NCBI GenBank assembly: GCA_015709695.1
Contig: CP054183.1
Span: forward strand, 1,328,992-1,352,991
DNA length: 24,000 nucleotides
Source: Gammaproteobacteria bacterium
GTDB taxonomy: Bacteria > Pseudomonadota > Gammaproteobacteria > Steroidobacterales > GCA-2729495
Direction of reading: 5' to 3'
A program made the translations under genes and the position numbers. A model generated the notes under the pieces. That model did not search any database, was not told the DNA's origin, and saw only the letters and a program-made list of their open reading frames with translations. Each line of letters opens with the position of its first letter. Position 1 is the stretch's first letter. Below are positions 17,403 through 24,000 of this stretch, in pieces.

Positions 17403-18183
17403 CGCCGAGAAGTTCGTCGCGATAGGAGCTGGCAGGATAATGGAACGGCACCGGGCCGTCGGCCTCCCCGCTCATGAACTGGTGGATCAGCGGCGATCCG
17501 GACTGGCGCAGCTGCGCCGGAGTGCCCTCACCGATCACCTTGCCTCCGGATACCACGTAGCAGTAGTCGGCAATGCGGCTGATCTGCTCGACGTCGTGGG
17601 ACACCACGATGCTGGTCACACCCAGGACGTCGTTGTTGACCTTGATGAGCCGCAGGATCATGCCCAGGGATATCGGATCCAGCCCGGCGAACGGCTCATC
17701 GTAGAGCAGCAGGTCCGGGTCGAGGGCCATGGCCCTCGCCAGTGCGACCCGCCTCGCCATGCCGCCGGACAGCTCCGCCGGCATGAGCCGCGCGGCACCC
17801 CGCAAGCCAACCGCATGAAGCTTGGTCAATACCACGGTCCGGATCAGCCGTTCCGGCAACCGCGTGTGCTCCCGCAGCGGAAATGCCACGTTGTCGAACA
17901 CCGAATCGTCGGTAAGCAACGCCGAATTCTGGAAAAGCATGCCGATGTGGCGCCGCAGGTCGTACAGGCCGGCGCGGTCGAGCGTCGGCACCTCGCGACC
18001 ATCGACCTGCACCCTGCCACTGTCGGGTCGCTGCTGCCCCGTGATCATGCGCAGCAGGGTGGTCTTGCCCGTGCCGCTCGGCCCCATGATGGCAGTCACC
18101 GTGCCGCTGGAGATACGCAGGTTCAAGCCGTCAAAGATGTGGCGACCCGCGATGGAGAATCGCAGGTCGTCGATTTCGATCAT
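17392..18183 (-). CDS. mlaF: MlaF (ABC transporter ATPase)
   Basis: The start MIEIDDLRFS gives an ATG at 18183 (cat at 18181-18183). It has Walker A GPSGTGKTT, the signature LSGGMARRVALARA and Walker B LLLYDEP. The track ORF extends to 18234 without homology support. Confidence 0.92.
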   Translation of the reverse strand: MIEIDDLRFSIAGRHIFDGLNLRISSGTVTAIMGPSGTGKTTLLRMITGQQRPDSGRVQVDGREVPTLDRAGLYDLRRHIGMLFQNSALLTDDSVFDNVAFPLREHTRLPERLIRTVVLTKLHAVGLRGAARLMPAELSGGMARRVALARAMALDPDLLLYDEPFAGLDPISLGMILRLIKVNNDVLGVTSIVVSHDVEQISRIADYCYVVSGGKVIGEGTPAQLRQSGSPLIHQFMSGEADGPVPFHYPASSYRDELLGGGP

Positions 18184-18329
18184 GGGTTGTGAGGAACCTG
18201 GGCTTGGCATGCGGTCAGGGCTGGCACCACGCAAGACGCAGGCCGGCGCAGATTTGTGTTGGCCCGGCAGAATACCAGAATCGCTGCACCCGATGGCCGC
18301 GTGCGCCTGTCCCGCTTGTCTGCCAGAGC

Positions 18330-18354
18330 AATCAGGACTAGCATAGTCCCATAT
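18330..18354. promoter_or_regulatory. Candidate Rrf2/IscR-type operator overlapping a putative sigma70 promoter of the suf operon
   Basis: The sequence is AATCAGGACTAGCATAGTCCCATAT. It holds a perfect inverted repeat GGACTA-GCA-TAGTCC (18335-18349). Its GACT-N5-AGTC core and 3' TAT resemble the E. coli IscR type-1 site as I recall it. It overlaps a possible -10 TAGCAT (18339-18344), which lies 17 bp after TTGTCT (18316-18321) and 19-43 nt upstream of the regulator ATG. Confidence 0.5.
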
Positions 18355-18372
18355 GATTTCCGGGCTGCCCGC

Positions 18373-18840
18373 ATGCTACGAATCAGCCGCCTGACCGACT
18401 ACGGGACGATGATCCTCGTCCACCTCGCCGGACGCGGCGGGAAGCTGTGTTCCGCCAGCGATGTCGCCGCCGGAACCCACGTCGCCCTGCCCACCGTGCA
18501 AAAGGTGCTCAAGCTTCTTACCCGCTCCGGCCTGGTGGTATCGGCCCGCGGCGCGGAAGGCGGCTATTGCCTCGGGCGGCCCGCCACAGAGATCACCGCC
18601 GCCAACATCCTCGATGTTCTCGACGGCCCGGTGGCGATCACCGAATGCAGCCACGAGGACAGCCAGTGCGAGCTGGAGGCACTCTGCCAGGTGGGCGGAG
18701 CCTGGCAGAAGATCAACCGGGCCATCCGCTCCGCGCTGGACGACATCAGCCTGGCCGATCTGGCAAGGCCTGCCCGCGAGCTGCCGGTGGCTGGCCTCAC
18801 CCAGGGAATAACCCGAACCCTGGTGCGGTACGGGCGATGA
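18373..18840 (+). CDS. Rrf2-family transcriptional regulator associated with the SUF operon (IscR-like, putative Fe-S sensing)
   Basis: The start [19 protein letters not shown] gives an ATG at 18373. It has a winged-helix region ([27 protein letters not shown]) and a three-Cys cluster [14 protein letters not shown] in the position of the IscR cluster ligands. Its stop overlaps the sufB ATG (ATGA). Confidence 0.88.
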   Translation: MLRISRLTDYGTMILVHLAGRGGKLCSASDVAAGTHVALPTVQKVLKLLTRSGLVVSARGAEGGYCLGRPATEITAANILDVLDGPVAITECSHEDSQCELEALCQVGGAWQKINRAIRSALDDISLADLARPARELPVAGLTQGITRTLVRYGR

Positions 18841-20282
18841 GCAAGTCCGGATCCATCGAGGAGCTGGTCGGGCAGAAGTATCGCCACGGCTTCGTCACCG
18901 ACATCGAGTCCGATACCGTGCCGCCCGGGCTCGACGAGGATGTCATCCGGCTGATCTCCGCCAAGAAGGGCGAACCTTCTTTCCTGCTCGAGTGGCGCCT
19001 CAAGGCCTTCCGCTACTGGCTCACCCAGAGCGAGCCCGCCTGGGCCAAGCTCCACCACCCGCCTATCGACTACCAGGCGATCTCCTACTACTCCGCTCCG
19101 AAGGTGCGCAGTGATGCTCCGCGCAGCATCGATGAGGTCGATCCGAAGCTGCTGGCAACCTACGACAAGCTCGGCATACCGCTCCACGAACGGGCGCGGC
19201 TGGCCGGCGTGGCTGTGGATGCTGTCTTCGACAGCGTCTCCGTGGCCACGACCTTCCAGGAAAAGCTGGCGGCCGCCGGCGTCATTTTCTGCTCATTCTC
19301 CGAGGCGGTACGCAGGCATCCGGCACTCGTCGAGGAGTACCTGGGCAGCGTGGTTCCCTATCGTGACAACTACTTTGCCACGCTGAATTCAGCGGTATTC
19401 TCCGACGGCTCGTTCGTCTACGTGCCCAAGGGGGTACGCTGCCCGATGGAGCTGTCCACGTATTTCCGCATCAATGCCGCGAAGACCGGCCAGTTCGAAC
19501 GCACACTGATCATCGCCGAGGAAGGTTCCCACGTCAGCTACCTGGAGGGTTGTACCGCGCCCCAGCGCGACGAGAACCAGCTCCACGCCGCCGTCGTCGA
19601 ACTCGTGGCGTTGCGTGGTGCCGAGATCAAGTACTCCACGGTGCAGAACTGGTACCCGGGAGACGAGCACGGCATCGGCGGCATCTACAACTTCGTCACC
19701 AAGCGCGGGGATTGCCGCGGTGCCGACTCGAAGATTTCCTGGACGCAGGTGGAGGCCGGATCGGCCATCACCTGGAAGTACCCGAGCTGCATCCTGCGGG
19801 GCGACAATTCCGTCGGCGAGTTCTACTCGGTAGCGGTCACCAACAACCTGCAACAGGCCGATACCGGCACGAAGATGATCCACATCGGCCGCAATACACG
19901 CAGCACCATCGTCTCCAAGGGCATCTCCGCGGGGCGCGCTCAACAGTCCTATCGCGGGCTGGTGAAGGTATTCCCGTCAGCGGATGGTGCCCGCAACTTC
20001 ACGCAGTGCGATTCCTTGCTGATCGGCAAGCAGTGCGGAGCGCACACCTTCCCGTACATGGAGATCCGCAATCCGGGTGCGATCATCGAGCACGAGGCCA
20101 CCACCTCGAAGATCTCCGATGACCAGCTGTTCTACTGCCGGCAGCGCGGACTCTCGGCGGAGGACGCCGTCAATCTCATCGTCAACGGATTCTGCAAGCA
20201 GGTCTTCCGCGAACTGCCGATGGAGTTCGCCGTGGAAGCCCAGAACCTGCTGAACGTCAGCCTGGAGGGAGCCGTCGGCTGA
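18837..20282 (+). CDS. sufB: Fe-S cluster assembly scaffold protein SufB
   Basis: The ATG is at 18837 ([26 protein letters not shown]). The protein is 481 aa and has the conserved [22 protein letters not shown]-terminal region. The track ORF from 18447 is an out-of-context 5' extension overlapping the regulator gene. Confidence 0.95.
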   Translation: MSKSGSIEELVGQKYRHGFVTDIESDTVPPGLDEDVIRLISAKKGEPSFLLEWRLKAFRYWLTQSEPAWAKLHHPPIDYQAISYYSAPKVRSDAPRSIDEVDPKLLATYDKLGIPLHERARLAGVAVDAVFDSVSVATTFQEKLAAAGVIFCSFSEAVRRHPALVEEYLGSVVPYRDNYFATLNSAVFSDGSFVYVPKGVRCPMELSTYFRINAAKTGQFERTLIIAEEGSHVSYLEGCTAPQRDENQLHAAVVELVALRGAEIKYSTVQNWYPGDEHGIGGIYNFVTKRGDCRGADSKISWTQVEAGSAITWKYPSCILRGDNSVGEFYSVAVTNNLQQADTGTKMIHIGRNTRSTIVSKGISAGRAQQSYRGLVKVFPSADGARNFTQCDSLLIGKQCGAHTFPYMEIRNPGAIIEHEATTSKISDDQLFYCRQRGLSAEDAVNLIVNGFCKQVFRELPMEFAVEAQNLLNVSLEGAVG

Positions 20283-20306
20283 AGACAGCCCGGTATTCAA
20301 CTCATC

Positions 20307-21059
<753 letters not shown>

Positions 21060-21065
21060 GCGCCC

Positions 21066-22385
21066 ATGAACGCGAGACTGGGTGTTGCCAGTGATTTGGC
21101 CGGGGCCTTCGCCATCCCGGTACACACGCGGCCTGGCCTGGAATGGCTGCAGCGCCTGCAGCTGGCGGCACTGCGCCAGTTCGAGCGCGCCGGGTTCCCC
21201 TCCTCCCGCCTCGAGGACTGGCGCTACACGGACCTCAGCGGCTTTGCCGAAAGGAGTCTGCGCCTGTCGCAGCCAGATCCGCTCGGTGCCAGGCGGTCAG
21301 CGGCTGCAAACGCCGCCCAGCCTGTTCCTGCGGGCATGGGCGCCGTAGCGATATTCGATGCAGGCATGCTGTTGCCGGCGGCATCCCGGCTCGAGCCGCT
21401 CGCCGGCCTGTCCCTGCTCGGACTCGACTCCGCACCGGCGCGCCCGGCCTGGGAGACCAGCCTGGCGGGCGACACCAGGGAGGATGGCGATGCCCTGGCC
21501 TCGCTCAATGCCGCCATGCTCGCCGACGGCCTGGCCGTCGAGGTCGCGGCCGGTGTCGATGTCGAACGGCCGCTGTACATCGTCCATGCCTCCGGGCCGA
21601 CGCGGATTGCACATGACCGCATCATCCTGCACCTGAAGCCGGGCAGCAGCTGCACCCTCATCGAACACCAGACGAGCAGCGGCGCCAGCGCGGCAAATTC
21701 CGTGACCGACATCATCTGCGAGCGCGATGCCCGCCTCACCTACGTCAGGCTGCAGGACGGGTCGGACGAGGCCTTCCACCTGTCCACGCAGCGCATCCAC
21801 CTGCATGCAGGAGCCGAAGCCCGTCTGCTGGGGATCGATCTGGGCGGGCAGCTGGCCCGCAACGATCTGCGGGTGACCCTCGAAGGTCCCGGCGCCGCCA
21901 CGGACATCCACGGCCTGTTCTTCGCCGACGGTCGGCGGCACATCGACAACCAGACCCGCGTGGACCACCGGGCCGTCCGCACCCGCTGCCGCGAACACTT
22001 TCGCGGCATTGCCGATGGCTCCGGCCGCGGCATATTCAACGGCAAGATCCTCGTGCATCCCGGCGCCGACAAGGCAGATGCCGTCCTCCGCAACGAGAAC
22101 CTGCTGCTCTCGCGGCAAGCCGAGATCGACACCAAGCCTGAACTGGAGATCTACGCCGACGACGTCAAGTGCGCCCACGGCGCCACCACCGGCCAGCTGG
22201 ATCCCGCGTCGATCTTCTACCTTCGCTCCAGGGGCATCGATGCCGCCGCGGCAAGACGCATGCTCATCGCGGCCTTCGCCCGCGAGATCGTCAAGCAGCT
22301 GCCCGTGAAGGACCTCGAGGACCATATCGTGGAACTGCTTGGCTCCCGGCTGCCGGACCTCGCGGACGTGGGAGCTGCGCCATGA
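21066..22385 (+). CDS. sufD: Fe-S cluster assembly protein SufD
   Basis: 439 aa. The C-terminal beta-helix region has the SufB/SufD family motifs (KPELEIYADDVKCAHGATTGQLD, FYLRSRGI). It lies between sufC and sufS. Confidence 0.92.
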   Translation: MNARLGVASDLAGAFAIPVHTRPGLEWLQRLQLAALRQFERAGFPSSRLEDWRYTDLSGFAERSLRLSQPDPLGARRSAAANAAQPVPAGMGAVAIFDAGMLLPAASRLEPLAGLSLLGLDSAPARPAWETSLAGDTREDGDALASLNAAMLADGLAVEVAAGVDVERPLYIVHASGPTRIAHDRIILHLKPGSSCTLIEHQTSSGASAANSVTDIICERDARLTYVRLQDGSDEAFHLSTQRIHLHAGAEARLLGIDLGGQLARNDLRVTLEGPGAATDIHGLFFADGRRHIDNQTRVDHRAVRTRCREHFRGIADGSGRGIFNGKILVHPGADKADAVLRNENLLLSRQAEIDTKPELEIYADDVKCAHGATTGQLDPASIFYLRSRGIDAAAARRMLIAAFAREIVKQLPVKDLEDHIVELLGSRLPDLADVGAAP

Positions 22386-23638
22386 CTGCGCGCGGCATGG
22401 AGGCCGGGACCCCGGTCCAGGCCCGGCTCGACGTCGAGCGCATCCGCCAGGATTTCCCGATCCTGCAGCAGGAGATCAATGGCTGTCCGCTGGCCTACCT
22501 GGACAACGCCGCCTCCTACCAGAGGCCCGCCAGCGTCATCAACGCCATACGGCACTACTACGAACACGACCACGCCAACGTGCATCGTGGCGTACATACG
22601 CTCAGCCACCGGGCCACCGAGGCCCAGGAAGCCGGGCGCGAGGCGGCACGGCGCTTCCTCAACGCCAGCGAGCGCGCGGAGATCGTCTTCACGCGCGGGG
22701 CAACCGAGGCGATCAACCTGGTGGCCTATGCGCTGCGCGAGAGCCTCAAGCCTGGTGACGAGATCCTGATCTCCCACATGGAGCACCACTCGAACATCGT
22801 CCCCTGGCAGCTGGCCTGCCAGCGCACGGGCGCCCTCCTCCGGGTCGTGCCGATTTCCCCGCGGGGCGAACTCCGCCTCGATGAGTTCCACCGCCTGCTG
22901 AATCCCCGTACCAGGCTGGTTGCCATTGCCCATGTATCCAACGCGCTCGGCACGGTGAACCCGGTCGCGGAGATCACCGCCGCGGCGCACGCCCGTGGTG
23001 TTCCCGTGTTGCTGGATGGCGCCCAGGCGGTTGCCCACCAGAAGGTCGACGTGCAGGCCCTCGGCTGCGACTTCTACGCCCTCTCGGGCCACAAGATGTG
23101 CGGGCCCACCGGCATCGGCGTGCTGTACGGCCGGCGCCAATGGCTCGAGCAGCTGCCGCCGTTCCAGGGTGGCGGCGACATGATCCTGTCGGTGGCCTTC
23201 GATCACACCGAGTACAACGAGTTGCCCTACAAGTTCGAGGCCGGCACACCCGACGTGGCCGGGGCAGTCGGTCTCGGCGCGGCGATCGCCTACCTGGAGC
23301 GGATCGGCATGGACGCCATCGCGCTGCACGAGGCCGAGCTGCTGGAACACGCCACCCGAGCCATCGCTGCCTTGCCCGGCGTGCGCCTCATCGGCGAAGC
23401 CAGGGAGAAGGCAGGCGTGCTGTCGTTCAACATCGACGGCATCCATCCGCACGACCTGGGCACCGTCCTCGATCACCAGGGTGTCGCCATCCGCGCCGGC
23501 CACCACTGCGCCATGCCGGTCATGGACTTCTTTGGTGTCAGTGGCACGGCCCGCGCTTCCTTTGCCTTCTACAACACCCACCGCGAGGTGGAGCAGCTGG
23601 TGGCAGCCGTGGAGGTTGCACGCAGGATGCTTGCCTGA
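22382..23638 (+). CDS. sufS: Cysteine desulfurase SufS (group II, PLP-dependent)
   Basis: The ATG at 22382 overlaps the sufD stop (ATGA). The PLP-Lys context is ALSGHKMCGPTGIGVLYG. The active-site Cys loop RAGHHCA is typical of SufS/CsdA-type enzymes. Length is 418 aa. Confidence 0.94.
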   Translation: MTARGMEAGTPVQARLDVERIRQDFPILQQEINGCPLAYLDNAASYQRPASVINAIRHYYEHDHANVHRGVHTLSHRATEAQEAGREAARRFLNASERAEIVFTRGATEAINLVAYALRESLKPGDEILISHMEHHSNIVPWQLACQRTGALLRVVPISPRGELRLDEFHRLLNPRTRLVAIAHVSNALGTVNPVAEITAAAHARGVPVLLDGAQAVAHQKVDVQALGCDFYALSGHKMCGPTGIGVLYGRRQWLEQLPPFQGGGDMILSVAFDHTEYNELPYKFEAGTPDVAGAVGLGAAIAYLERIGMDAIALHEAELLEHATRAIAALPGVRLIGEAREKAGVLSFNIDGIHPHDLGTVLDHQGVAIRAGHHCAMPVMDFFGVSGTARASFAFYNTHREVEQLVAAVEVARRMLA

Positions 23639-24000
23639 TGCCGAAGCCCGAGGAACCACTGGCGCAGCTGTACCGGGAGACCGTGCTGGAGCACAGCCGC
23701 CGGCCACACAACTTCCGGCGACTGGAAGCACCCCAGCACCAGGCCACCGGCAACAACCCGCTGTGCGGCGACCAGGTCACGCTGTATCTGCAGGAGAGCG
23801 ATGGCGTCGTCACCGACGCCGCCTTCGAGGCCCGCGGCTGCGCGATCTCCGTTGCGTCCTCATCGATGCTGACCGATATCGTGCGTGGCCGGCCAACGGC
23901 AGAAGTCCAGCGACTGGCCCGCGAGGTGGCCGAGTCCTTCGCCAGTGCGGACGGGATCCTGCCGGGAGACCTGGCAGCCCTGGCCGGGGTGCGCCACTAC
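23638..24000 (+). CDS. sufU: SufU-type (NifU N-terminal-like) sulfur acceptor/scaffold, 3' end cut by window edge
   Basis: This gene is not in the ORF track because there is no stop in the window. My own translation from the ATG at 23638 (TGATG overlap with the sufS stop) gives MPKPEEPLAQLYRETVLEHSRRPHNFRRL...GNNPLCGDQVTLYL...FEARGCAISVASSSML. The NPxCGD and GCxISxAS pattern matches SufU rather than IscU (GCGSAIAS). Confidence 0.85.
   Translation, partial: MPKPEEPLAQLYRETVLEHSRRPHNFRRLEAPQHQATGNNPLCGDQVTLYLQESDGVVTDAAFEARGCAISVASSSMLTDIVRGRPTAEVQRLAREVAESFASADGILPGDLAALAGVRHY

Noticed and set aside
18205-18240. Sigma-54 promoter-like TGGCAT (18205-18210) and TGGCAC (18222-18227) elements upstream of mlaF/suf.
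   Set aside because: Neither is followed at the required 5-nt spacing by the TTGC(A/T) -12 element. The downstream sequences are CAGGG and AAGAC.

Overview
This is a visibly G+C-rich stretch of proteobacterial core chromosome, with strong G/C preference at third codon positions. It is tightly packed with housekeeping genes. I support 27 protein-coding genes (two cut by the window edges), one tRNA-Ser(GGA) and one SRP (4.5S) RNA that the ORF track cannot show.

Gene order:
- pgm (partial), then ppsR and ppsA (divergent)
- orn and rsgA (divergent)
- recR, ybaB, dnaX and ffs, all on the minus strand
- an orphan lipoprotein facing a TlpA-like redoxin
- tRNA-Ser, a bamC-like gene and dapA
- gcvR, bcp, bepA and mlaA on the plus strand
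- mlaB, mlaC, mlaD, mlaE and mlaF on the minus strand
- an Rrf2-type regulator followed by sufB, sufC, sufD, sufS and sufU (partial)

Several junctions reproduce E. coli-type synteny (orn/rsgA, bamC-dapA/gcvR-bcp, dnaX-ybaB-recR). By inference the source is a gammaproteobacterium, possibly of the Xanthomonas-like type that pairs an Rrf2 regulator with sufBCDS.

I found no mobile elements, CRISPR array, defence or toxin genes, compositional island or unexplained coding gap. The only intergenic stretches longer than 100 nt are 8918-9193 (holds ffs), 11742-11863 and 18184-18372. I therefore do not see evidence for a novel multi-gene system. The many long extra ORFs in the track are antisense or off-frame shadows typical of high-GC DNA.

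The leads worth a second look are modest:
- a drastically shortened BamC-like lipoprotein that keeps only the N-terminal segment
- an unusual physical linkage of outer-membrane homeostasis genes, with bepA translationally coupled to mlaA and facing mlaFEDCB
- a candidate Rrf2 operator over the suf promoter
- a SufU-type (not SufE/SufA) SUF operon
- an uncharacterised lipoprotein and redoxin pair
- a few stable intercistronic or leader hairpins
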